Assembly (NCBI GenBank): GCA_965116875.1
Contig: OZ220733.1
Location: 1,952,001-2,016,000, forward strand
Direction: 5' to 3'
DNA length: 64,000 nt
From: Candidatus Latescibacterota bacterium
GTDB lineage: Bacteria > Latescibacterota > UBA2968 > GCA-2709665
In this document: positions 47,508 through 56,441 of the stretch, one piece after another
Position numbering within the stretch: position 1 is the stretch's first letter
Layout: each line of letters starts with the position of its first letter
The notes under the pieces: model-generated
The model's input: only the letters and a program-made list of their open reading frames with translations
Databases searched by the model: none
Told to the model about the DNA's origin: nothing
Translations under genes and position numbers: made by a program

Positions 47508-48956
47508 ATGGGGGAAAAGCGGCCGAACGTGGTGCTGATCATGACCGATCAGCAGCGAGGGGATTGCGTGGGCCTTGACCCGAATTCGCCGGAGGTCCTG
47601 CAGACGCCCAACCTGGACTGGCTGGGCAACTCGGGGGCGTTTTTCGGTCGGGGTTACTCTGAGTGTCCCAGCTGTATTCCCGCACGACGTTCCCTGATGA
47701 CCGGCACAGCGCCGGCATCGAACGGCGTGGTGGGGTTTCAGGGCACGGAGTGGCATCCGCAGCATACCCTGGCCGGAGAACTATCCAGAGCGGGATATCA
47801 GACGGAGATGATCGGGAAGTTGCACCTGTCGCCGGCACGCAAACGGTACGGGTTCGACCATATGCAACTCGCGGACGGGACGAGGGGGCGCGAGAACGAC
47901 TATGTGGACTGGCTGCGGGAACGACACGGACGCACGGAGGTGGATCCGGGAATGGCCCACGGCATCTCGTCCAACGGATGGGTGGGACGGCCGCACCATT
48001 TGCCCGAAGAGCAGATGCATACGTTCTGGTGCGTGGACCGGGCGATGGCGTTTCTTCAGAAGCGGGATCCGTCCGCGCCCTTCTTCCTGAACCTCTCCTT
48101 CATCGATCCGCATCCGCCGCTGACCCCGCCGCGGGTCTACTACGACCGCTACGTCAATCGCGAGTTGCCTGAGCCCGTCGCGGGAGACTGGGCGCAGGCG
48201 TTCGACGGGCCGCTGAAGGGGCTGGATCCGGATGCTTCGGAGATCTGTCTGAGCGCCTACGACATGCAGTGCGCGCGTGCGGCGTACTACGGGATGGTGA
48301 ATTTCATCGACGATCAGATCGGGAGGTTGTTTCAATTCGCGAGGGGGCTGCTGAACGACTGCCTTGTCATATTTACGTCGGACCATGGCGAGATGCTCGG
48401 GGACCACCACCTGTTCCGGAAAACGTGGCCGTTCGAGGCTTCAGCGAGGGTGCCGTTTCTCATCCGGGCGCCCCGGAGTTGGGGCACCCCTGAATCCGTC
48501 ACGTGCGGTTCGCCGGTGGGCCTTCAGGATATCATGCCGACAATTCTGGATGCGTGCGGCGTCGACGTGCCGGAAACGTGTACGGGCAAGAGCCTGTTGC
48601 CGGTGGTGCGCGGCGAACCGGATGGCGTACGCGACGCGTTGCACGGCGAACACTCGGGGTGCTACGCGTACGAGCATGGAAATCACTATGTGACGGACGG
48701 TCGCCACAAGTACATCTGGTTCACCCAGACGGGCCGGGAACACCTGTTCGACCTGGACGCGGATCCGCACGAAACGCGTGACCTGGCGTTGGGAGAAGGC
48801 GCCGATGACCTGTTGTCCCCATGGCGGACGCGATTGATCCGGTTTCTCGAGGGTCGGCCCGAGGGATTCACCGACGGGGACAGGTTGATTACAGGCCGCG
48901 AACACCGGTCGGTGATGCCGGGGTACGAGCCGTCGTCGATGTTTCCATTCTTATAG
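47508..48956 (+). CDS. Formylglycine-dependent sulfatase (Cys-type)
   Basis: RPNVVLIMTDQQRGD, CIPARRSLMTG (CxPxR), IGKLHL, PHPP, FTSDHGEMLGDH, LFDLDADPHE. Confidence 0.93.
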   Translation: MGEKRPNVVLIMTDQQRGDCVGLDPNSPEVLQTPNLDWLGNSGAFFGRGYSECPSCIPARRSLMTGTAPASNGVVGFQGTEWHPQHTLAGELSRAGYQTEMIGKLHLSPARKRYGFDHMQLADGTRGRENDYVDWLRERHGRTEVDPGMAHGISSNGWVGRPHHLPEEQMHTFWCVDRAMAFLQKRDPSAPFFLNLSFIDPHPPLTPPRVYYDRYVNRELPEPVAGDWAQAFDGPLKGLDPDASEICLSAYDMQCARAAYYGMVNFIDDQIGRLFQFARGLLNDCLVIFTSDHGEMLGDHHLFRKTWPFEASARVPFLIRAPRSWGTPESVTCGSPVGLQDIMPTILDACGVDVPETCTGKSLLPVVRGEPDGVRDALHGEHSGCYAYEHGNHYVTDGRHKYIWFTQTGREHLFDLDADPHETRDLALGEGADDLLSPWRTRLIRFLEGRPEGFTDGDRLITGREHRSVMPGYEPSSMFPFL

Positions 48957-49111
48957 AACCATCACGGGCGTGACGGGTTTTGTTTGTGGAGGTTGCCCGT
49001 GCCCGCTATATTTCGATAAGAATCTGTGATGGTGTTCATCGCGTGTTGACGGATTCCCGCATTTCGTGTCGTTCCGTCGGTCAAACGTACCGGAAGAAGG
49101 AGATACATCCA

Positions 49112-49546
49112 ATGGATTCATTCAAACGCATCGTTGGCGTTTATCTCGTACTCGTCGCGGCTGTGGTGGCAATCCATACGGTCGTCGAACCCCTCTATTA
49201 TACATCCACAGAAGCCAGTCCATACAGCCCGCATTGGAGCAAGTTAAACGCGCTTATGGTGCTGGCGATCGTTCTCGGCGTGATCTTCGGAACCCTTCGC
49301 AAGCGCGGCGCCGGGGGTGAAAGCGGCGGCGCTACCGTAACCCGCGAATACGTCGAGGCCAACGTGCAATTCTACGGTCTCCTCTTCGTTGGCATTCTCT
49401 TTTTCTGGAACTTCTTCAACCTGCACAGTCCCGGATTCACCGCCATAGCAAGGGAAACGGTATCCGCGACGTGGATCGTGATCGACGCCGCCCTCCCGTT
49501 GCTCCTGGCCTCAATGGGCTTCTCCATGCTCAGATCCAGGGAGTAA
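49112..49546 (+). CDS. Small membrane protein (four hydrophobic segments)
   Basis: AAGGAG RBS before ATG 49112; four hydrophobic stretches. Confidence 0.65.
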   Translation: MDSFKRIVGVYLVLVAAVVAIHTVVEPLYYTSTEASPYSPHWSKLNALMVLAIVLGVIFGTLRKRGAGGESGGATVTREYVEANVQFYGLLFVGILFFWNFFNLHSPGFTAIARETVSATWIVIDAALPLLLASMGFSMLRSRE

Positions 49547-49606
49547 GCTCCGGTGAGTCCAAATCGAACCGCCGCGCATGACCGGCACATCTGTGGGGAG
49601 GACGAA

Positions 49607-49645
49607 AAAGCCGTCAGTTGGACTGTAGTCCGGTCTGACGGCTTT
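49607..49645. terminator. Hairpin terminator between convergent genes
   Basis: AAAGCCGTCAG...CTGACGGCTTT, an 11-bp stem with an inner GGACT/AGTCC stem. Confidence 0.7.
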
Positions 49646-49695
49646 GTCATTGCAGGTGCCGATATTGCCTGATCGTGTCATTCAGTGTCGCCGGT

Positions 49696-50091
49696 TCAAC
49701 GCTTTCTGTCGCGGGTGATCAACAGGTCGGCAGGGATGCCGAGATTTTCGGTAAGGCGCCTGATCTGCCGAATGGAGAGCGTTCGCTTTCCGTTGTAAAA
49801 TTCGGAAACACGGCTTCTGCCGCCGAGCCATTCGGCGAGATCCGCTCGCGAGAGTCCTTTCTGTTCCAGCATGAATTCCACGATCTCGTGCGGGTCCATC
49901 GTTTCATCAATGGGAAACCGGGCATCTTCGTACGTCTTCACCAAAACGGAAAGGAATTCCAGGCGTTCATACGATTCTGAACCCGGTGCCGGGTCTGAAT
50001 CCAGCAGGTCGTCGATCTCGCGCACAGCCGCGTCGTATTCGGCTTCGTTTCGTAATACATGAGGCCTTGAGAAGTCCAGCAGTCTGGTCAT
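49696..50091 (-). CDS. higA: HigA-type antitoxin (HTH)
   Basis: LRNEAEYDAAVREID...LEFLSVLVKTYED...MLEQKGLSRADL...SRVSEFYNGKRTLS..QIRRL...LGIPADLL. Confidence 0.88.
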   Translation of the reverse strand: MTRLLDFSRPHVLRNEAEYDAAVREIDDLLDSDPAPGSESYERLEFLSVLVKTYEDARFPIDETMDPHEIVEFMLEQKGLSRADLAEWLGGRSRVSEFYNGKRTLSIRQIRRLTENLGIPADLLITRDRKR

Positions 50092-50113
50092 ATTCAATCC
50101 CTCTGCAGATTGT

Positions 50114-50410
50114 TCACAGGTCGCCGCTTCGAGTTCGTCTGTTGTATTCTTCGTGTGTAAGGACGTGTCGGATGTAAATCCTTCCAAGATCATATCGCAT
50201 ATCGACAATCAGCCTGTATTTATTACCTCCGATGTTGAAAACGGTCCGCCATCTGCCGAGGAAACTCGCTGAGGGGAAATCACGTCGAACTTCGTAGGGG
50301 CTGAGATAGTTTATAGATTTTACCATGGCCAGCCAGGCCTTCAGTGGCCTCTGTGAATCAGAATGCTTTCTCCAGAATTCCAGTAGTCTTTTGCGGGTAA
50401 TTACGTGCAT
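50114..50410 (-). CDS. higB: HigB family toxin
   Basis: MHVITRKRLLEFW...LKAW...DFPSAS...TVFNIGGNKYRLI...IRHVLTHEEYNR. Confidence 0.92.
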   Translation of the reverse strand: MHVITRKRLLEFWRKHSDSQRPLKAWLAMVKSINYLSPYEVRRDFPSASFLGRWRTVFNIGGNKYRLIVDMRYDLGRIYIRHVLTHEEYNRRTRSGDL

Positions 50411-50439
50411 AGGGGATTACCTGGTTGCGCAATGCTTAT

Positions 50440-50474
50440 GTTCCCAATATGGTAACTTACGGATGAAATGTCAA
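50440..50474 (-). promoter_or_regulatory. higBA promoter with overlapping palindromic operator
   Basis: Minus strand TTGACA(50474-50469)-N17-CATATT. The palindrome GTTCCCA-ATA-TGGTAAC (50440-50456) covers the -10. Confidence 0.65.
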
Positions 50475-50492
50475 GAGATCATTTCTGGCTCT

Positions 50493-51377
50493 TCAGGTTG
50501 ATCGCTTACCGAGACGCTGAACCAGCAGGCCGCCGACGATAAGAACCAGCCCGATAACGGTGGAGGGCAGGATTGCTTCGCCGACCAGAAAGTGGATGAA
50601 GACCAGGGAGACGAACGGTGAGATGAAGATGAGGTTGGCGACTCTGGCCGCGGTTTCCGACAGCCGCAGCGCGACGAGCCAGAACACGAAGGCGATGCCC
50701 ATCTCGACCACGCCCACGTACGCGGCGCCCGCCAACCCGTAGAGATCGGCAATGCGAATATCCGAGAAAAACGCACAGAGGATAAAAACAAACGGCAGGG
50801 CGAACGTGAAGTTCAGGAAAAGGCCGACCACGGCGTCCCGGTCATCTCGCGTGTTGTAGATCCAGTACAGGGCCCAGACGATCGTGCTGGCAAGGGCAAG
50901 TGTCACGCCGAGGGGATCCGACAGCCGGAAGTCCAGGAGGTTGCCGCGCGTGGAGATCACCAGGACGCCGGAATAACACACGAATCCGGCGAGGATTTCC
51001 TGCGGTCTCACGCGTTGTCTCAATAAAGGAATGGAGAGGAGCGAGAGTGTAATGGCCCAGGTGTAGTTCAGGGGCTGGGCTTCCTGAGCGGGAAGAAGAT
51101 CGTACGCCTTGAAGAGGATCATGTAGTAGAGACACGGGTTGAGCAGGCCGAACAGGAGGGACTTCAGATATTGTTTTCTTGAGTACGAGAAGATGAGGCT
51201 TCCTTTGCCCTGGATGACGATAATGAGCGCCAGGGTGCAGACGGAAGCCAGGCAGGCATAGAGGAGAAGCTGCAGCGGGTCCAGGTAGCGGAGGGTGATC
51301 TTGAATGCGGTGGCGACGGTCGACCAGAGAAGAACCGTTGCGATGGCATAGAGGTAGGCTTTATTCTGGTCGCGCAT
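50493..51377 (-). CDS. DMT/EamA family transporter
   Basis: About ten hydrophobic segments; LLWSTVATAFK, NPCLYY, AQEAQPLNYTW, EMGIAFVFW, IFISPFVS. Confidence 0.9.
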   Translation of the reverse strand: MRDQNKAYLYAIATVLLWSTVATAFKITLRYLDPLQLLLYACLASVCTLALIIVIQGKGSLIFSYSRKQYLKSLLFGLLNPCLYYMILFKAYDLLPAQEAQPLNYTWAITLSLLSIPLLRQRVRPQEILAGFVCYSGVLVISTRGNLLDFRLSDPLGVTLALASTIVWALYWIYNTRDDRDAVVGLFLNFTFALPFVFILCAFFSDIRIADLYGLAGAAYVGVVEMGIAFVFWLVALRLSETAARVANLIFISPFVSLVFIHFLVGEAILPSTVIGLVLIVGGLLVQRLGKRST

Positions 51378-51391
51378 GGTTGCCGGGACCA

Positions 51392-51490
51392 GGGCGCCCA
51401 CAAGGAACGCCCCTACGCATTAAGGGAATACGATTGGGTATAAAACCGAAGGAATGATTGAAATTGTAGGGGCGTCCCTTGTGGGCGCCC
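51392..51490. repeat. Inverted pair of GTAG-type REP units
   Basis: GGGCGCCCACAAGGAACGCCCCTAC (51392-51416) and GTAGGGGCGTCCCTTGTGGGCGCCC (51466-51490), 24/25 complementary. Confidence 0.8.
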
Positions 51491-51513
51491 GCATCTCGCT
51501 GATTGGCGCTTTA

Positions 51514-52449
51514 TTATTCCTTTTCCACCTTATCCAATTTTCGTTCGTAGGAAAGGTCGATTTCAGCGCGGATGTTGTCCACGGGCTTTCTGTGGTCGAC
51601 GCGCCGTACCTCGGGACGGGTAAGGTTCGTTCGCACTTTGTGGGAGATGACGATGCCGCGGGTGGCATCGATGACCCAGGTGCCATTGCCTTCTCCGGTC
51701 CCGTCCACGACCAGTTGCAGGGAGCCGATATTGACGGGCGCCCTGAAACGTACTTTTCTGTCTTCCTCGAATGTGACGATCTTATTTCCCTTTTTGGTGG
51801 CGACTTTTTTCACCTTGTACGTGCTCTTGAGCTCCACGATGGCTTCGTCATCGATCATCATGACCGGTGTTTTGAAATTCAGTTCGCCGGTCCACGTGTC
51901 TCCGGGACCCACCGGATTCTCAGGAAGGATCGGACCAAGTTCGGGGGTCCAGATCTGCCACAGGTCCGTCAGGATGTCGGGACGGTTGAGGTCTCGTGGG
52001 GAATTGTCGCTTGAATGGCGCTGAACCGTTCCGTCTTCCGAGAGAAACCACGTGAGTTCCCAGTCGTCCAACTGCTCCAGCGTGTAAGGGAACTGGTCGT
52101 GCGTAAGGCGTTTGTTTTCGAAGAAAAAGCCGTTGACGGCCTTGCTGACGGTTGCGACCAGGCGCGTGGCACTGTCTTCGGACTCACCACCGGCGCCGGC
52201 GTGAACGACTTCCCGGCTTCGCCATTCGCCCCTGATCTCTCCCGAGGTGAATCCGCGCTGCATGCGTCCGGGCACAATGACTTCCGAGCGGTCGCTCTTC
52301 AGGGCGAATGAATATTTATGCTTATATTTGACGGTGCGTCCGTCCGGATAGGTGACCCGAAGCCCGACTTTCTCTTTGGCATGGAGGGTGGCGCCTATCG
52401 ACAGAAGAACGGCAAGACACAGGACCGAGGGTGTGGCCGGAGATTTCAT
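51514..52449 (-). CDS. Secreted beta-rich hypothetical protein (DUF6263-like)
   Basis: GGAGG RBS; signal peptide ending LHA-K; LPENPVGPGDTW; GEGNGTWVIDATRG. Confidence 0.65.
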   Translation of the reverse strand: MKSPATPSVLCLAVLLSIGATLHAKEKVGLRVTYPDGRTVKYKHKYSFALKSDRSEVIVPGRMQRGFTSGEIRGEWRSREVVHAGAGGESEDSATRLVATVSKAVNGFFFENKRLTHDQFPYTLEQLDDWELTWFLSEDGTVQRHSSDNSPRDLNRPDILTDLWQIWTPELGPILPENPVGPGDTWTGELNFKTPVMMIDDEAIVELKSTYKVKKVATKKGNKIVTFEEDRKVRFRAPVNIGSLQLVVDGTGEGNGTWVIDATRGIVISHKVRTNLTRPEVRRVDHRKPVDNIRAEIDLSYERKLDKVEKE

Positions 52450-52478
52450 GCTGAGTCCTCCTTTGTGGACGATCAGTC

Positions 52479-53732
52479 TCACTTGAAGAGTAATCCGAAA
52501 TAAAACAGCGGGCTGAACAGCTTTTTCTTTGGAACCGCGTTGGCGATCATGCCGGTGATGAGATCGCTGATCTGCGGATTTTGTGCGGCCTTTTGAATGA
52601 CGAGATTGAGCAGGGGCCGCCATCGGCCCAGGTCCTGCAGGCGCTTGCTGGTTCTGAGCTCGTCGCCGATTGCATCCCAGAGGCGGTCTTCGTACCGTTT
52701 CAGGAAGGCTTCGCTGAAGTCATTCGCCGACCTGGCTTCGGCGGCGGTTTGCGCCGCGAAACGTGCGGCGTACAGGGCGTTGCCAATGCCCTCTCCCGTA
52801 AAGGGGTCGATCAGCCCCGCGGCGTCGCCCAGAAGCATGAAGCCGTTGCCGTAGCTCTTCCTCCGGATGCTGCCGATGGGCAGATTCCATCCGATGGGTT
52901 CTTCCATCGCGCGCGCATTGGCGAATCGCCGGTCGAAGGGCGGGCGGCTGATCACCGATTGAAGCGCGTCTTTCAGGTTGACCCTGCGGCGCTTGAGGCT
53001 GCTGTGCAGCATGCCGATGCCAACGTTCGCATAGCCGTTCTCGAGGGGGAAGGCCCAGAAGTACCCGGGCAGGACTTCATTGACGAAGTGCAGTTCGATC
53101 TGGTTCTTCAGTCCCGTAACGTTCTCGTAATAGCAGCGCAGGGCCACAACCCAGTGCCGGCCGTCGTGGCGATATTGCCCGGTTCGGCGTGCGACGATGG
53201 AGTTGAAGCCGTCACAGCCCAGGACCAGGTTGGCGCGGTAGGTCTGCTGTTGTCCGTTGGCGCTGCCGGTTACGCCGTTGACGATTCCGTTTTCCCGGAC
53301 CAGATCTCTAACCGCAAACCCTTCGACGCATGCGTCGACGCTGTTTTGGGCCTCACGGAAGAGGAAGGCGTCAAAAACCGTCCGGCGGATGACAAATCCC
53401 TCCATGGGGAGATTCCGGCCGGTGCCAATGTCGTGAAGCGTATGCCGCTCCAGATCGATCCAGGCATCCACGTGATCCGGGCTGCTGAAGACGATTTTGT
53501 TGATGAGGGCGCCGGGAAGATCCCGAATCCTGTCGAGCAGGCCGAGTTCGAGCAGTATGGCAACGGCTTTTCCCGACAGGGCGTCGCCGCAGATTTTGTC
53601 TCTGGGAAAAGTGGACTTGTCCAGGAGAAGGGTCTTGAGACCGTGTCGCGACGCGTACAAGGCGGCGGCGGCGCCCGCCGGCCCAGCGCCAACGATGATG
53701 AGATCATAAGTGGTTCGTTGAGGGTCCGGCAT
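52479..53732 (-). CDS. Geranylgeranyl reductase family flavoprotein
   Basis: DLIIVGAGPAG, FPRDKICGDALS, GCDGFNS, PGYFWAFP, NVGIG, LLGDAAGLIDPFTGEGI. Confidence 0.9.
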   Translation of the reverse strand: MPDPQRTTYDLIIVGAGPAGAAAALYASRHGLKTLLLDKSTFPRDKICGDALSGKAVAILLELGLLDRIRDLPGALINKIVFSSPDHVDAWIDLERHTLHDIGTGRNLPMEGFVIRRTVFDAFLFREAQNSVDACVEGFAVRDLVRENGIVNGVTGSANGQQQTYRANLVLGCDGFNSIVARRTGQYRHDGRHWVVALRCYYENVTGLKNQIELHFVNEVLPGYFWAFPLENGYANVGIGMLHSSLKRRRVNLKDALQSVISRPPFDRRFANARAMEEPIGWNLPIGSIRRKSYGNGFMLLGDAAGLIDPFTGEGIGNALYAARFAAQTAAEARSANDFSEAFLKRYEDRLWDAIGDELRTSKRLQDLGRWRPLLNLVIQKAAQNPQISDLITGMIANAVPKKKLFSPLFYFGLLFK

Positions 53733-53849
53733 AAGCTCCCAGGCGCAGAGCGGCTCTAACTTCAACACGTGGTACCTTTTAACATATCTTTATCGCGTGC
53801 ACGCGTCAAGGGAGAAAACCGTGCCGCACGCAGCAGGAGGGGCCGGGAA

Positions 53850-56024
53850 TTGAGCAGGAGGCAAGCGCGAAAATCAAGGCGGCAGCGCCACGCCGGAGTC
53901 CGGAAACCGGCGACCGTCGCAGGCGTGTTCCTGGGTCTCCACGTCCTTCTCGCCTACTGGCGTCCCAATCCCTTCTGGGGCGCGGATTTCCTGTATTACT
54001 ATACCGACCCGCTGCGTGTTGTGTTCATTCTGCTGGCCGTACTCGTTTTTATTCCATGCCTTCGTACTCGAATCGGCGCGTTGTTCGGGACGATTCCTTC
54101 CATGCTATGGGGCAGCGGCGTCCGCACCTGGGCGGTTCGCATTCTGCTTGTTCTCCTGGCGCTTGCCGGATTCATTGCGCTCCAGTCCGCAAGGCATCTC
54201 CTGGGCGATGGGTACCTTTATCTGCGGGAGTTGGACGCCGGCATCACACAGCGCGTGGACAGGGCGCCGCTTACCTTCACCCTCATTCGATTCCTGCATG
54301 GTGCAGGCGCCGCGGTCTGGCAAACCGCCGAGAACACGTACCGTGTCTACAGCTACGCCTCAGGACTTCTCTATCTGTTGCTGTCCCTGGCCACGGCCGG
54401 CGCCCTCGGAAGGAACGACCGGGAGAAATCCGTGGCGTTCGCCTTCCTCGTCACCGCCGGTTACGTACAGCTCTTCTTCGGATACGTGGAAAACTACGCC
54501 TTCTACATGCCGGCCAGTCTGCTCTACCTGCTTGCGGGTCTTCGGCGCCTTGAAAACCGCGCGCCCCTCTACGCGCCCGCGCTGGTGCTGGGACTGCTCG
54601 TCCCGTTTCACTTTCTGTTCGTCCTCTTCGCGCCCTCCCTGCTCGTCCTTGGCTACCACGGGTACCGGCAGAGCGAGGCATCGATGCCGCGATGGAAGAA
54701 CGTCGCGGAGAAACTGGCCGCGTTATGTACCGCCCCTGCGGCCGCTGTGCTGGTCCTCTGGATCGCCGGATTCGACTTCGGCGCCTTTCTGGAGCGGACC
54801 GGCGGAAAACACCACATTCTCCCCCTGTTTTCCGAAACGGGCTTTCATGTGCCCTACCGCATCGTCTCCATCTCCCATCTTCTCGATTTTGTGAATCTGC
54901 AGATCCTCTCTGCCCCCGCCGCGGTGATGGCCGTGTTCCTTTTCGGCGGAAGGGACTTTCGCCACCATCCATTCCTGCTTTCGGCCGCCGCCGTCCCTCT
55001 CTTCTTCACGTTTATTGCAAATCCTGAAATCGGCGCCTTCAGAGACTGGGACATCCTGGCGCTTCCGGCCCTGCCGCTTACGCTCTGGGCAGCCTCGGCG
55101 CTGCTGGAACGCCGGCGACGGGAGGAACGGACCCACCGAAGCGTCTCTGTCATCTGCGCGGCTGCCGCCCTGCACACCATGCTGTGGATTGGTCTGAATG
55201 CCAACCCCGCTGCCGCCGAGGCGCGATACGTACACCTCATGGGCAGACTCAGCGGTCATGCCGGCTCATACGGTTGGGAGACGCTGGGTACATACTATCG
55301 TCATCAGGGAAGAACCGTACCGGCGTTGAACGCTTACAGGCGCGCGCTGGATGCGAATCCGGAGAATCCCCGCCACTGGTTGTCCGTAGGTATCATCTAC
55401 TGCGACATTGGCCGGCCGGACCGCGGGATCGACCACCTCAGAAAGGCAACGGAGATCCAGCCCGACCTCGCTGAGGCGCATATCAATCTGGGCGCCGCGT
55501 ACCTGGGGAGCGGTCGGCACGAGGCCGCGATCGACCACCTCGAGAAAGCCGTCGAACTCCAGCCCGAAACGGCGCTCGCGCTTGTCAATCTCGGCGCCGC
55601 CTACAACGAGGCGGGAAGATACAGTGAAGCCCTGGACCCTCTCGATAGAGCCCTCGAAATCCAACCCCGACACCCGGGCGCGCACGTCAATATCGGCGCC
55701 TCATACCACGGCCTTGGCCGATACGAGGAGGCCGTAGAGCACCTCGAGACCGCGCTCGAGCTTCAACCGGCCCTGGCCAACGCGCAGACCTACCTGAACA
55801 TCGGTGGGACCTACCACAGTATGGGTCGGTTCGAAGAAGCGATCCCGTATCTTCAGAAAGCCATTCAGATCAATCCCAGGCTTACGAATGCCTACTTCAA
55901 CCTGGGCCTGGCATACGGCGCACTGAATCGCATTGAGGAAGCGAGGGCCAACCTTCGAAAAGTGCTGGAGCTGAATCCCAACGATCCCCAGGCGCCGGTG
56001 ATCAGGCAGTTGTTGGGAAAGTAA
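53850..56024 (+). CDS. Polytopic membrane protein (possibly GT-C-like) with seven C-terminal TPR repeats
   Basis: Many hydrophobic segments with loops HLLGDGY, FFGYVENYA, FRDWD; seven repeats of about 34 aa, NLG..Y...GR...A......ALE.QP. AGGAGG upstream of TTG 53850. Confidence 0.8.
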   Translation: MSRRQARKSRRQRHAGVRKPATVAGVFLGLHVLLAYWRPNPFWGADFLYYYTDPLRVVFILLAVLVFIPCLRTRIGALFGTIPSMLWGSGVRTWAVRILLVLLALAGFIALQSARHLLGDGYLYLRELDAGITQRVDRAPLTFTLIRFLHGAGAAVWQTAENTYRVYSYASGLLYLLLSLATAGALGRNDREKSVAFAFLVTAGYVQLFFGYVENYAFYMPASLLYLLAGLRRLENRAPLYAPALVLGLLVPFHFLFVLFAPSLLVLGYHGYRQSEASMPRWKNVAEKLAALCTAPAAAVLVLWIAGFDFGAFLERTGGKHHILPLFSETGFHVPYRIVSISHLLDFVNLQILSAPAAVMAVFLFGGRDFRHHPFLLSAAAVPLFFTFIANPEIGAFRDWDILALPALPLTLWAASALLERRRREERTHRSVSVICAAAALHTMLWIGLNANPAAAEARYVHLMGRLSGHAGSYGWETLGTYYRHQGRTVPALNAYRRALDANPENPRHWLSVGIIYCDIGRPDRGIDHLRKATEIQPDLAEAHINLGAAYLGSGRHEAAIDHLEKAVELQPETALALVNLGAAYNEAGRYSEALDPLDRALEIQPRHPGAHVNIGASYHGLGRYEEAVEHLETALELQPALANAQTYLNIGGTYHSMGRFEEAIPYLQKAIQINPRLTNAYFNLGLAYGALNRIEEARANLRKVLELNPNDPQAPVIRQLLGK

Positions 56025-56425
56025 GCTGTCTGCCGTCAGCAATCTGCCATCAGCTCAGAACCAAAGGCGAAAACCACATCTGAGGATATCTGTACCAATG
56101 CGATCTCCGTGCGGGGTCTCGCTATCGGATAAGAATTCGGTTTCCGAACGTGATGCCACTCGAGAGGACTACCGGAGCAGGGCGCGTTGTTCCGTCCCGC
56201 ACATATTCGTGTTATACGCCGGTGTTGGCAGGCCATCGTTTCGGGTGAGTCCGGTGAGGGTATTCGCGCCGTGCATGTGGCAGGCCCCGCGCCCAGCGGC
56301 GACTTTTGGTTCCTTTTGGTCGCTTCAAAAGGAACACGCCGTAGGCAGGGAATCTGGGGAGAAGGGGTTGTTTTTGATCTTGCTCTTCATTCTTGCCTTT
56401 AGCTGATGGCTGACGGCTGATAGCT
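56024..56425. repeat. About 400-bp element bounded by inverted heptamer repeats
   Basis: Left AGCTGTC TGCCGTC AGCAATC TGCCATC AGCT; right (reverse complement) AGCTATC AGCCGTC AGCCATC AGCT. Internal hairpin GTTCCTTTTG-GTCGCTT-CAAAAGGAAC. Confidence 0.65.
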
Positions 56426-56441
56426 GTTTTTTCCGACGTTG

